Shown: positions 28,981 through 38,966, counted from the stretch's first letter. The stretch is 64,000 bases of DNA from Sedimentisphaerales bacterium (GCA_040772485.1 JAXGYC010000007.1:704001-768000), one strand, 5' to 3'. Program-made: numbers and translations. Notes: generated by a model not told the origin, from the sequence alone.

Positions 28981-29994
28981 TTAATCGCGGTGAGGTGGTG
29001 CGGTAGCCCGGTCGTCTTCCTTCTTCTTCTCGGCCTTCTTGAGCGACAGGTGCGCCAGCAGAAGGCCCAGTTCATAGAGGGCATAGAGAGGAATGGCCAG
29101 CGTGACTTGGGAGATCACGTCGGGCGGCGTGACGACCGCCGCGACGATGACCGTCACGAGAATGACATACTTGCGGACTTCGCGCAGGGTCTTCAGCGCG
29201 ACGAGGCCCGTCCGTACCAGGATGAAGATCGCGATCGGCGTCTGGAAGGCCAGTCCGAAGACCAGCATCAGAACGGTCACGAACGAAATGTACTTCTCCA
29301 GGGTCCAGTTGGCAGCCACCCCGACGATATCGTTGAACGCCAGGAAGAACTTCAGCGTCAGGGGCGCGACCACGAACAGGAAGAACAGGGCTCCGATGAT
29401 GAACAGCGCGGCGGAGAAGGGCACCGCCTGTCGCACGTACCGCCGCTCGTGCGTGTAGAGCCCGGCCGCGACAAACATCCAGAGCTGGTAGAAAACCCAT
29501 GGACAGGTCAGGATCAGCCCGGAGATAAAGGCGATCTTCATGTAGGCCGTGAAGGCTTCCGGGATCCCCAGGACCCTGAGGCGCGCATCCAGCGGAAGCT
29601 CTCTGCCGTCGCCGGTGCCGTACCTCTGCTCCGTCCAGGCTTTCACGGCATCCGCAGAAATGTCTCGGATGAAGGCAACACGGTTCGGATCGATCTCCGG
29701 CGCGTTCGGATCGGTTGCCAGCTTCTCTGTAAGGTCCGTGAAGAACAGATCGAGAAAGCTGAGGATCTCGGATTGCATCCGGGGCATCTCCGTCTTCTCG
29801 AACCGCTTTTGCATCGTGCGTTTGTAGGGTCTCTCGATGAACCTCAGGATGTGCGTGCCAAAGATCAGGGCAATGACCGAGCCGATCACCAAGCCGAGGA
29901 TGGCCAGGATCAGCCGCGCGCGAAGCTCTTCGAGGTGATCGCCTAAACTCATCGTGCAGCTTAGGGGATCATGGTTCTTCATGGTATCGCCCAT
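28981..29994 (-). CDS. tatC: Twin-arginine translocase TatC
   Basis: MSLGDHLEELRARL, YQLWMFVAAGLY, TPPDVISQ, LYE. Confidence 0.95.
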   Translation of the reverse strand: MGDTMKNHDPLSCTMSLGDHLEELRARLILAILGLVIGSVIALIFGTHILRFIERPYKRTMQKRFEKTEMPRMQSEILSFLDLFFTDLTEKLATDPNAPEIDPNRVAFIRDISADAVKAWTEQRYGTGDGRELPLDARLRVLGIPEAFTAYMKIAFISGLILTCPWVFYQLWMFVAAGLYTHERRYVRQAVPFSAALFIIGALFFLFVVAPLTLKFFLAFNDIVGVAANWTLEKYISFVTVLMLVFGLAFQTPIAIFILVRTGLVALKTLREVRKYVILVTVIVAAVVTPPDVISQVTLAIPLYALYELGLLLAHLSLKKAEKKKEDDRATAPPHRD

Positions 29995-30032
29995 CTCGGT
30001 CGAGAGCAGGAGGGTGCCCGGTCAGGCGGCGG

Positions 30033-30308
30033 TCAGCTTTTCAGATCGGAGTCGTTCAGGCCCGAAGCATCCTTGGCGTCCTTCACGACGTCATTCTTGA
30101 CTTTGCGGACGTCATCGACCAGATCGTCGGAGGATTCCTTCGCTTCGTTGATACCCTTCTTGAATTCGGTGAGACTCTTTCCGACGCTGCGCGCGATTTC
30201 CGGCAGACGCCTGCCGAAGATCAGAAGTGCAACGACGAGAATGACCAGCCACTCCCACTGGCCGGGCATCCAAGCCAAGACGTATTGCGTCGAATCAACC
30301 ATGGTCAT
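30033..30308 (-). CDS. tatA: Twin-arginine translocase TatA/E
   Basis: EWLVILVVALLIFGRRLPEIARSVGKSLTEFKKG. Confidence 0.93.
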   Translation of the reverse strand: MTMVDSTQYVLAWMPGQWEWLVILVVALLIFGRRLPEIARSVGKSLTEFKKGINEAKESSDDLVDDVRKVKNDVVKDAKDASGLNDSDLKS

Positions 30309-30705
30309 CTCCTAAGTGCGTTGCTGCGTGCTCCTATGTGTGAAATAGGGCATAGCATCCTAATGTTGGTTCTTGAGTCATTTTTGCCCTCCGCAGCAGT
30401 TTCGGTACTTCGCGTACCTAGGGGAGGCGACAACGCCATGTACACCACTGTAGCCGCATGTCAGGATCGCGTCAAACAAAATATACGGGCACGGCCCGCC
30501 CGCAGTTCTGAGGTTGCCACGCCCCATCCTTGCGCTGCCCCATCTTCTCGTGTTTTCCGACCACGTTCGCAGTCGGCTCGCACAGCGTTATATGGGACGT
30601 TTCCGGACGCCGAGCCACTGTTGAGTATCGCGGCTTTGTCCGAAGTCGGTATTTATCTAAATATATTATTTACAATGACTTATGACCTGCATAGGCTTTT
30701 TTCTC

Positions 30706-30735
30706 TTGCTTCGGAACCCCCATTTCGGCTATAAT
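30706..30735 (+). promoter_or_regulatory. sigma70 promoter driving the sORF/structured RNA
   Basis: TTGCTT-N18-TATAAT preceded by an AT-rich tract (30650-30705). Confidence 0.65.
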
Positions 30736-30779
30736 ACGGTCGTTGAGATTGATGGAAACTTGGGGGGCAGAAACGAACC

Positions 30780-30875
30780 ATGAGCAGCTTCTATTACGAA
30801 ATCTGGCTTCCATTTGTCATCAGCAAGAGACGCATCCTCGTTCTGGCCGTTGCCAGCTACCTGGCTCTGTGCTGA
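30780..30875 (+). CDS. 31-aa hydrophobic sORF (type I toxin-like) in a fold-back RNA
   Basis: MSSFYYEIWLPFVISKRRILVLAVASYLALC*; G-rich SD-like tract; flanks complementary. Confidence 0.45.
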   Translation: MSSFYYEIWLPFVISKRRILVLAVASYLALC

Positions 30876-30989
30876 GGTTCGCCTCGTTTGCCTGGTCTGC
30901 ACAGGTCTGAAGACCGCCCCGCAGCATCTGCCCTCATTGTGCCTCTGATCACCCCGCGCGCCGAACCCGGCGACAGCCATATCGACGAT

Positions 30990-31841
30990 CTAACATTCCT
31001 GCACCGCTCGCACAACCTTGAGCACATCCTGCATCGCCGCAACGTCGTGAACTCGCGCGATTGACACCCCCGCCATCGCACAGAGCGCCACGGTGGCCGC
31101 CGTGCCGAACACGCGATCGGCTGGCTTCTCGCGCCCGGTGATCGCCCCGATAAATCGCTTGCGGCTCGGGCCTACCAGCACACGGTAGCCCGTCGCCACG
31201 AAACGCTCGATATGCTTGAGCAACAGCAGGTTGTGCTTTGGGGTCTTGCCGAACCCGATCCCCGGATCGATCCAGATCCGCTCGCCGGCAATGCCGAGCG
31301 ATTCCGCCCGCCTGGCCTGACCGGCCAGAAAGTCCAGGACCTCCCCCACTACATCTCCGTAACGCGGATCGGCCTGCATCGTCCTGGGGGTTCCCTGCAT
31401 GTGCATCAGCGCCACGGGAACCTGCGCCTCGGCCGCCAGCCGGGCCATGTCGTCGTCCGCAAGGGCTGTGATGTCGTTCACGATGCAGGCGCCGGCCGCC
31501 AGTGCCGCTGCCGCCACCTCTGTATCACAGGTGTCGATGCTGATCGGGGCTTCTGTCTGACGCCTCAGCGATTCAATCACCGGGACCACGCGACGAATCT
31601 GCTCGGCCGCCGGGACCGACGCAGCGCCGGGCCGGGTGGATTCACCGCCGATGTCGATGATGGCCGCGCCTTGGGAGACCATCTCCAGGCCGTGCGCGAC
31701 CGCCCTGTCGGTATCCAGGAACTGCCCGCCGTCGCTGAAGGAATCCGGTGTGACATTGAGCACACCCATGATCAGACAGCCGCCGGAGAAATCCAATGCG
31801 CCGCCGGGCCACCGAAGCACGTCGTCACTCGTCGCCTTCAC
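30990..31841 (-). CDS. folP: Dihydropteroate synthase
   Basis: MGVLNVTPDSFSDGG, GGESTRPG, DPGIGFGK, SRKRF, RVHDV. Confidence 0.96.
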   Translation of the reverse strand: MKATSDDVLRWPGGALDFSGGCLIMGVLNVTPDSFSDGGQFLDTDRAVAHGLEMVSQGAAIIDIGGESTRPGAASVPAAEQIRRVVPVIESLRRQTEAPISIDTCDTEVAAAALAAGACIVNDITALADDDMARLAAEAQVPVALMHMQGTPRTMQADPRYGDVVGEVLDFLAGQARRAESLGIAGERIWIDPGIGFGKTPKHNLLLLKHIERFVATGYRVLVGPSRKRFIGAITGREKPADRVFGTAATVALCAMAGVSIARVHDVAAMQDVLKVVRAVQEC

Positions 31842-32994
31842 GCCGCCGCCCTTTCGCCTTGAAACCGATTCCCAGCAGCTTACGAATCAAAGCGCCGGCA
31901 GGCTCCGGCACGATGACCGTCGTGTTGTGGAACTCGCGGCGCACCGGATAGCTTTTTCGCAGGGCGTCAAAGAACCGTCCTCGGGCCTCGGGCGGTTCAT
32001 TCGCGATCCGCCGGAGATTCGCGTCGTCCCGCACGATGCTGTAGACCTTCTCCACGGCGAACGCGATGGCCGCCTGGTCGTCGGTGACATCGTCAGGCAG
32101 CTCGATCGTGGCAACGTCAGGAGCCGGCAGGAAGTCGCCCGCGTCGAACTTCGGCGGCAAGCCAAAGTGCTCGCAGAGAGCCTGATAGATCATGATCAGG
32201 CCGGCAATCTTGCCGTCCAGTGAGTAGCCGGCGATGTGCGGCGAGCCCAGGTCCACCTCGTCGAGCAGCCCCACATCGATGTTCGGCTCATTCTCCCAGA
32301 CGTCCAGCCCGACCGCCGTCAAACGCCGCGAGTGGATCGCCGCCGCGAGGGCCTGCGAGTCCACGACCGCGCCGCGCGAGGCATTGAGGAAGACCGCCCC
32401 TTGCCTGAGCCGGGAGAAGAACCGGCCGTCCGCCAGATGATGGGTCTTGTCGGGTCCTTCCCGCGTCAGCGGGGTGTGGATCGTGACGAAGTCGCAATCG
32501 AACACCGCCTCGAGGGGAACATACTTCGGATCGCCCGTCCGCCTCTGGAGCGGCGGATCGTTGCGTCGCACGTGCATCCCCAGCGCCTCGCACTTGGCGG
32601 CGACGCGCCCGCCGACGTTGCCGACGCCGATCACGCCGATGGACAGGCCGTCGAGCCGAATGGCGTGACGCCGGGCAATCTCGAGCAGCGCCGCGATGAC
32701 GTACTCGGCCGCGGAGTTCGCGTTGGAGCCGGGCGCCGAGGCAAAGCCGATGTTGTGCGCGTGAAGGTAGTCGAGATCGACGTGATCGAAGCCGATCGTC
32801 GCAGTGCCGACGAACCTCACCGAGCTGCCTGAAAGAAGGTGTTCGTCAACGCGGGTGATGCTCCGCACAAGCAGCGCATCGGCATCCGCGACCGCCTGGG
32901 GCGTCATGTCACGCCCCCCCATGACCAGCACATCTCCGATGGACGAAAAACACTCTTGAACGAAAGGGATATTCCCATCTGCAACGATCTTCAT
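31825..32994 (-). CDS. pdxB: Erythronate-4-phosphate dehydrogenase
   Basis: MKIVADGNIP, LVRSIT, TATIGFDH, APGSNA, HTPLT, DVWENEP, HIAGYS. Confidence 0.93.
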   Translation of the reverse strand: MKIVADGNIPFVQECFSSIGDVLVMGGRDMTPQAVADADALLVRSITRVDEHLLSGSSVRFVGTATIGFDHVDLDYLHAHNIGFASAPGSNANSAAEYVIAALLEIARRHAIRLDGLSIGVIGVGNVGGRVAAKCEALGMHVRRNDPPLQRRTGDPKYVPLEAVFDCDFVTIHTPLTREGPDKTHHLADGRFFSRLRQGAVFLNASRGAVVDSQALAAAIHSRRLTAVGLDVWENEPNIDVGLLDEVDLGSPHIAGYSLDGKIAGLIMIYQALCEHFGLPPKFDAGDFLPAPDVATIELPDDVTDDQAAIAFAVEKVYSIVRDDANLRRIANEPPEARGRFFDALRKSYPVRREFHNTTVIVPEPAGALIRKLLGIGFKAKGRRREGDE

Positions 32995-33000
32995 GGAACC

Positions 33001-34035
33001 TCAGAGCTCGAAACCTGCAATCTCCGTGCCGCACTGCGGGCACCTGGAGTTCTCAATCACATTGGCGACGATCTGGTAGCCCGCGCGTTCGATCAGCAGA
33101 CGCCCGCACTTGTAGCAGAACGTGCTCTCCGACCGCGTTCCCGGAACGTTGCCGAGGTAGACGTATCGAAGCCCGGCGTCCTTGCCGATGCGCTCGGCCC
33201 GCCGCAGGCTATCCATCGACGTGGCGTGCGCATCGACGTATTTGTACTGCGGATAGAAGCGGCTGATGTGCCACGGAACATCCGGGCCGGCCTGGTGGAC
33301 CAGGAAATCGGCGAGTTGTTTCAGTTCGTCCTCGGAATCGTTCTCGCCGGGGATCAGCAGGGTCGTGACCTCGATCCAGACAGGGGTGTGACGCGCGAGG
33401 TAGGCAATCGTGTCCAGCACCGGTTGCAGCCGGGCCTTGCACAAGCGACGGTAGTAATCGTCGCTGTAGGCCTTGAGATCGACGTTGATCGCATCGAGCC
33501 AGCCGGCAGCGAAGTCGATCGCTTCGCGCGTCATGTACCCGTTGCTGACAAAGACGTTCGCCAGGCCGTTGTCCCTGGCGAGCCGCCCGCAGTCGGCGCA
33601 CAGTTCCATGAACACGGTCGGCTCGGTGTAGGTGTAGGCGATGCTGCGGCAGCCGCTGCGGAGGGCCGCTGCGACGATCTGCTGGGCGGTCAGGGCCTGG
33701 CCGTCAATTTCGCCGCCTCCGAGCGTCGCCTGGCTGATCTGCCAGTTCTGGCAGAACTCGCACTGGAAGTTGCACCCCATCGTGGCGATGGAGTAGCTCC
33801 TCGATCCCGGCTGGAAATGGAACAGAGGCTTTTTCTCGATCGGGTCGGGATTGGCCGCACAGACCTTGTCGCAGTTGAGCGAATACAGCGTGCCGCCCAC
33901 GTTCCGGCGTACGCAGCAGTGCCCCAGCCTGCCGTCGCCAATCACGCACTGAAATGCGCACAGATGGCAGCGAACCTGGTTGTTCTCGACAGGTTCCCAC
34001 AGCACTGCTTCCTTCAGTCTGCCTTCGTTTGCCAT
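33001..34035 (-). CDS. amrS: AmmeMemoRadiSam system radical SAM enzyme
   Basis: CHLC..C, DPIEKKPLFHF, GCNFQCEFCQNWQISQ, AYTYTEP, YVYLGNV. Confidence 0.9.
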   Translation of the reverse strand: MANEGRLKEAVLWEPVENNQVRCHLCAFQCVIGDGRLGHCCVRRNVGGTLYSLNCDKVCAANPDPIEKKPLFHFQPGSRSYSIATMGCNFQCEFCQNWQISQATLGGGEIDGQALTAQQIVAAALRSGCRSIAYTYTEPTVFMELCADCGRLARDNGLANVFVSNGYMTREAIDFAAGWLDAINVDLKAYSDDYYRRLCKARLQPVLDTIAYLARHTPVWIEVTTLLIPGENDSEDELKQLADFLVHQAGPDVPWHISRFYPQYKYVDAHATSMDSLRRAERIGKDAGLRYVYLGNVPGTRSESTFCYKCGRLLIERAGYQIVANVIENSRCPQCGTEIAGFEL

Positions 34036-34496
34036 CGCCGAATCCGGAGAAATTGCGTCTGCCACCGGCCGACCCACTATATAGAATGCCACGGCCGAAA
34101 TCAACGGCCGCGCAGTAGGATGGGCTTTCGCCCATGCGGTTTCCTACGAAAACATGGAACGAAGCAACAAGGAGCAGGAATGAGCGGTTTCGACACGAAA
34201 TCTCTGATCGACCTCGATGTGTGCGTACTCAATGCGCTGGACTTGTTTGCCGACCCCAAGACCACCTTTCCGCGTCCGAACCTGGCTCGGTTCAAGCGGC
34301 CCCTGGTCGTCGGCAGCGGCAACGCCATTGCCACCGGCAAGATCATCTTCGACGACAAGGACGCGGTGCTGGCCGACGAAGGCACGTTCAAGGACAAGCT
34401 CGACGCCATTGGCGACATCGACGGTGTCGCCCTGTTCTCGGCTTCCGGCGGCAAACACGCGCCCATCATCGCCAGAGAGGTCAAGCCCAAGGGCCT

Positions 34497-35694
34497 CTGA
34501 ATCATCCCCAGTTTAAGGTAGGGCCCAATGAAAAGGTCGACTCTTTGACGATGAGAGTTGGTGAAAGAAATCACAATGCCAACTCGATCGAAAGGAGTCG
34601 ACCATGAAACGCCAGGAGATTTCGGATTTTGTACGTTCGGTATGCTCTTGTCTTCGGCTCTCGCAGGCCAAAACCTTGAGCGTCTTGGTTCCGGCGGCGA
34701 TGATCGTGGTGCGGGCCTCGCTGGCCCAACTGGGACGGGCATTGGCGGGGCAATCGGCGCTGGCCGCCAAGCAGGGGATCAAGCGGGTCGACCGCTTTGT
34801 AGGAAACACTCGGGTCGAGCCGAGCGAAGCGATGCGGGGCGTGGTCCAGTGGCTCGCCCAACCCCGAAAAAAGCTGCTGGTGAGCCTCGATTGGGTGGAT
34901 ATCCGCCACTTTCAGTGCCTGGTCCTGGCGGCTCGTCTGCGAGGCCGGGCCTTGCCTTTGCTGTGGGCGGTGTACCGTTACGAGGAGGTCTATCGCTCGC
35001 AGAACAATCTGGAATACGGGTTGCTGCGTCTGTTTCACACCATGGTGGCCGCTTCGGTCCGGGTGACGCTTCTCGCCGATCGGGGGTTCGGTCGAACGGA
35101 GATGGCCCGCGTGTGCCAGGAACTGAAGTTCCATTACATCATCCGCATCCAGCCGTCGGTGTGGGTGAGCAGTTCGCGGTTCACCGGTCGCCTGGCGGAT
35201 TACCCGATCCATCGGGGCCAGAGACACCTGCTACGCCACGTCTCGTATCGCAAAGAGCGGCCCGTCGTGCAGGACGTGGCTGTGGTTTGGCTGCCGGATC
35301 AGTCGGAACCCTGGTATCTGATGACGGACGAAGAGCACCTTCGCGCCCAAGTCTTGTCCAAGGTCTTTGCGCGGCGGATGAGCATTGAAGAGTACTTTCG
35401 TGACGTGAAAAACAAACGCAATGGGTTTGCTCTGCGTTTGATCCAGATCAAGGATTCCCAGCGTTTGAGTCGGTTTCTGCTTATTCTGGCCTTGGCGTAT
35501 CTGCTCCTGGTGACGGTCGGCCTGTACGCCTCCGAACGATTCCGCCCCGGCCGGTGGTGCTCCAACAACCGGACGGGCGAATGCAGTCTCTTCACCATCG
35601 GCCTGTTCATGCAAACCTGCCCTCTCCCCACCTGCCAGTATCTCTTGCGCCGCTTGAAGCACGAACTCCTCGGTCAAAACTGGGGATGACTCAG
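34497..35694 (+). mobile_element. IS4-like insertion sequence, 1198 bp
   Basis: IRL CTGAATCATCCCCAGTTT, IRR AAACTGGGGATGACTCAG (1 mismatch); TSD CAAGGGCCT at 34488-96 and 35695-703. Confidence 0.93.
34604..35689 (+). CDS. IS4-family DDE transposase
   Basis: SLDW, GRALPL, LADRGF, RMSIEEYFRDVK (variant of the YREK signature). Confidence 0.9.
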   Translation: MKRQEISDFVRSVCSCLRLSQAKTLSVLVPAAMIVVRASLAQLGRALAGQSALAAKQGIKRVDRFVGNTRVEPSEAMRGVVQWLAQPRKKLLVSLDWVDIRHFQCLVLAARLRGRALPLLWAVYRYEEVYRSQNNLEYGLLRLFHTMVAASVRVTLLADRGFGRTEMARVCQELKFHYIIRIQPSVWVSSSRFTGRLADYPIHRGQRHLLRHVSYRKERPVVQDVAVVWLPDQSEPWYLMTDEEHLRAQVLSKVFARRMSIEEYFRDVKNKRNGFALRLIQIKDSQRLSRFLLILALAYLLLVTVGLYASERFRPGRWCSNNRTGECSLFTIGLFMQTCPLPTCQYLLRRLKHELLGQNWG

Positions 35695-36390
35695 CAAGGG
35701 CCTCTCCGTGGTCCTGTTCACCTCGAACCCATCGAGCATGGCCAAGGACCACGTCGATGAAGCCTACGTGTTCCCGAGCCTGCCCGAGCCTTACACCTAC
35801 AACACCTCCACGTACATGGGCATGATGATGGCCAGCATCGTGGACGATCCGCACGCCGAGGCCGCCAGGATCCGCAAGTATATCAAGGAGGTCATCGACC
35901 CGACGCTGGCGAAATGCGGGAAGAAGCCTGGCGATTTCGAGTCGTACTACCTGCTCGTGCCCGAGCAGTTCGAGCTGATCCGGATCATGTTCGCCACAAA
36001 GTTCGTCGAGCTGTTCGGCCGGCGGGTGGCCCGCGATGTTTTCACCTGGGAGCAGTCCAAGCACGCCACCACCGTGGTCGAGGCCCCCAACGAGCTGTTC
36101 ATCGCCTTCGGACGCAAGAACGACTCGTTCGGCAAGGACCGCCTGGACATTCCGCTGCCCGAGAATTGCAGCTACCCGGCTATCATGGCCATCGGCTACT
36201 ACGTAATCGGCAAGATCCAGGCCCAGAAGCCGGCCTGGTTCAAACAGGGGGTCGTGCCGTTCGTCGAGCGGGCCTCCGGCCTGTTCGGCCAGACGATCAA
36301 ACCTCTCGTCGAATTCAAGTAGCCCGAGAGTGGCTGTCCCGCTTCCGGCGGCCCGACCACCAGCGCGCTTGAGGTCTTGTCGTGCGCTGG

Positions 36391-37860
36391 CTATATCGTG
36401 CGCATCGGGTCCATCTGCCTGAGGAGCGTCTCGTCGGGACCGCCGCCGAATTGCCGCCAGTAGCGCTCCTTGAACGGATTGATCTTCGGACCGACGGCGT
36501 CCTCGTTGACCATGCAGGGCAGGACCTCGTCCCACCAGTGGTCGTAGGCCGCCCGCATCTTCGCGACAACGTCGGAGTGCTGGTCGATAACGTTTTTCGT
36601 CTCGCCCGGGTCGTAGACGATGTCATAGAGTTCGGCGTTGTTAACCAGCCGGAACCGCTCGTTCCGCGCGGCGCAGTCGGCATACTTGCTCTCGGCGGCC
36701 TTGCCTCGCACCCAGCGACCTTTGTGGACGAAGACGTAGCGGTCGGGCCAGTCTGCATCCGGGTTCATAAGGAGAGGCACAAGGCTGCGCCCGTCCAATT
36801 CGATGGACGGCGGGACCTTCGCTCCGGCCAGCTCGGCCAGCGTGGGAAACAGGTCGATGTGCGCCGTCAGCTTGTTCACGTCCACTCCCCTGCCGAGCGT
36901 GCCCGGCCAGCGGAAGAACGCCGGGACCCGCGTGCCGCCCTGATAGGGGCTGCCCTTCATGGATCGCATTCCAGCGTTGTACAGCCTGCCCCGCGCGTGG
37001 CCGTTGTCGGTCATGAAGATTAACAGCGTCCGCTCGCTCAGTTGCCATTCGTCGAGCTTGGCGACAAGGCGGCCGACATTGTCGTCGATATTGGTGATCA
37101 TTCCGTAATACGCCGCATCGGCCTCCCCCAGACCCGCATCGAGATAGGGCCTCTGGTGCTGCTCCGGGCATACGTAGGGGCTGTGCGGAGCGTTCGGCAC
37201 AATGTAGGCGAAGAAAGGCTCGGCCTCCTGCGACTGCTGCTGAATCCAGTCGAGCGCCCGCTCGAAAAAGACGTCGGTGCAGAAACCCCTGGTCCTGACG
37301 AACGTGCCGTTGTGCAGGATCACCGGGTCGAAGTACGTGTTGCCTGGCGCGTCGCCGCAACTGCCGGGGTAGGTCTGGCCGATCCCGCCGGCCCCGTGGA
37401 TGAAGACCTCGTCAAAGCCGCGTCTGCCGGGCTGGTACGCCTCCTCATCGCCGAGGTGCCACTTGCCGAAGATGCCGGTGGCGTAGCCCGCATCCTTGAG
37501 CACCTGGGCGATCGTGGTCGCCTCGAGACTGAGCCGCTCGCGCTCGTAGATCGTGTGCGTGACGCCGGAGCGGAACTCGTGCCGCCCGGTCATCAGTGAG
37601 GCCCGCGTCGGAGCGCACGTCGGACTGACCTGGAAGTCAGTGAATCGAACGCTCCGGGCGTGCAGCCTGTCCAGATTGGGCGTGCGGATGATCGGGTTTC
37701 CATGACAGGCCAGCTCACCGTAGCCCTGGTCATCGGTCATGACCAGGACGACGTTCGGCCTGCTTGCGGCCGGCCCCATCGTTCGGGCCCGGGTGAATCG
37801 GGGCAACAAGACCGCCAGGCCGGCGGCCTTGACAAAATCGCGTCGGGTCATCGCCTTCAT
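36391..37860 (-). CDS. Tat-exported arylsulfatase
   Basis: TRRDFVK Tat motif; TDDQGYG; CAPTRASLMTGR; GKWHLG. Confidence 0.93.
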   Translation of the reverse strand: MKAMTRRDFVKAAGLAVLLPRFTRARTMGPAASRPNVVLVMTDDQGYGELACHGNPIIRTPNLDRLHARSVRFTDFQVSPTCAPTRASLMTGRHEFRSGVTHTIYERERLSLEATTIAQVLKDAGYATGIFGKWHLGDEEAYQPGRRGFDEVFIHGAGGIGQTYPGSCGDAPGNTYFDPVILHNGTFVRTRGFCTDVFFERALDWIQQQSQEAEPFFAYIVPNAPHSPYVCPEQHQRPYLDAGLGEADAAYYGMITNIDDNVGRLVAKLDEWQLSERTLLIFMTDNGHARGRLYNAGMRSMKGSPYQGGTRVPAFFRWPGTLGRGVDVNKLTAHIDLFPTLAELAGAKVPPSIELDGRSLVPLLMNPDADWPDRYVFVHKGRWVRGKAAESKYADCAARNERFRLVNNAELYDIVYDPGETKNVIDQHSDVVAKMRAAYDHWWDEVLPCMVNEDAVGPKINPFKERYWRQFGGGPDETLLRQMDPMRTI

Positions 37861-37983
37861 GCCTTCTGCCTTTCTGCTCTTCGGATGCGAGCTTGTTCAC
37901 CTTACCCGACCGGGCCAATTCGGTCCAGCACGACGCCGATCGTATTGACGAAGCACCGCAGGCGACGGTATGATTCGCGCGAT

Positions 37984-38793
37984 ATGGCAGTCTGGTCATA
38001 CCTGAGTGTTCGTAAACGCGTGCAGGAGATCGTGGCAATCGCCCGCCCGGGCGACACCGTCAGCCGGGTGTTCGACGTCTCGATCGTCGTGCTGATCCTG
38101 CTGAACGTCGCGGCGATGATCTTCGAATCCGTCGCTTCGGTCTGCGAGGCAATGGACGGCGCTTTCACGGCATTCGAATACGTCTCGGTGATCGTCTTCT
38201 CGCTGGAGTATCTGCTCCGAGTCTGGTCGTGCGTCGAGGACTCGCGGTACGCCCATCCGGTGTTCGGGCGACTTCGTTTCGCACGCAGTCCGCTGGCCCT
38301 GATCGATCTGCTGGCGGTGCTGCCCTTCTACCTTCCCTTCGTCAACGTCGATTTGCGGATGCTGAGAATCCTGCGCATCATGCGGATCGCGCGGCTGGCC
38401 AAGCTCGGACGCTACTCGGATTCGCTACAGACCCTCGGCCGCGTCGTCGCGACCAAGAAGGAGCAGCTCATCAGCACCGTGTTCATCCTGCTGATCCTGC
38501 TGGTCATTTCTTCGTGCCTGATGTACTACGCGGAGAACGAGGCGCAGCCGGACCGCTTCTCGAGCATCCCCATGGCCATGTGGTGGGCCGTCACCACGCT
38601 GACCACCGTCGGCTACGGAGACGTTCTTCCCGTGACCCTCATCGGCCGGCTTATGGGCGCGCTCATTGCCATCCTCGGGATCGGCATGTTCGCGCTTCCC
38701 ACCGGCATCCTCGGGGCCGGCTTCGTCGAAGAGATGGAACGCCGCAAACAGCCGCGATGCTGCCCTCACTGCGGCAAGGAACTGCCGAAATAG
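37984..38793 (+). CDS. Voltage-gated K+ channel-type ion transporter
   Basis: S4 RMLRILRIMRIAR; filter TTVGYGD; C-terminal CPHC. Confidence 0.92.
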   Translation: MAVWSYLSVRKRVQEIVAIARPGDTVSRVFDVSIVVLILLNVAAMIFESVASVCEAMDGAFTAFEYVSVIVFSLEYLLRVWSCVEDSRYAHPVFGRLRFARSPLALIDLLAVLPFYLPFVNVDLRMLRILRIMRIARLAKLGRYSDSLQTLGRVVATKKEQLISTVFILLILLVISSCLMYYAENEAQPDRFSSIPMAMWWAVTTLTTVGYGDVLPVTLIGRLMGALIAILGIGMFALPTGILGAGFVEEMERRKQPRCCPHCGKELPK

Positions 38794-38863
38794 GCTGGAC
38801 CAGGGCAGTCCTCGCCCTCGATTTGGCTGGACCAGGGCAGTCCTCGCCCTCGATTTGGCTGGA
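38793..38863 (+). repeat. 32-bp perfect tandem duplication (2.2 copies)
   Basis: GGCTGGACCAGGGCAGTCCTCGCCCTCGATTT x2 plus GGCTGGA. Confidence 0.9.
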
Positions 38864-38966
38864 ATTGGGGCAGACGAGACGATACCATCCTTGGAGCGGG
38901 CCGACGGCGGTCGGCACGGATGAATCGTTCACACACTTGCGATGGCCACAGAACCAAGGACGTTGA

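Larger units (their letters stand above)
34180..36322 (+). pseudogene. Double-SIS-domain sugar isomerase-like gene interrupted by an IS
   Basis: Removing the IS and one TSD joins 34180-34496 to 35704-36322 in frame (311 aa): VVGSGNA, SASGG, FTSNPSS, KFVE, KHA. Confidence 0.8.

Noticed and set aside
30645..30690. AT-rich tract as a dif/XerCD site
   Set aside because: Only partial arm matches and wrong spacer length; more likely an upstream promoter element
30740..30940. tmRNA
   Set aside because: No tRNA-like T-arm/CCA end; the ORF starts with ATG and does not end in an ALAA-type tag
38793..38863. 32-bp repeat as a CRISPR array
   Set aside because: Copies are directly adjacent with no spacers, and there are no cas genes in the window
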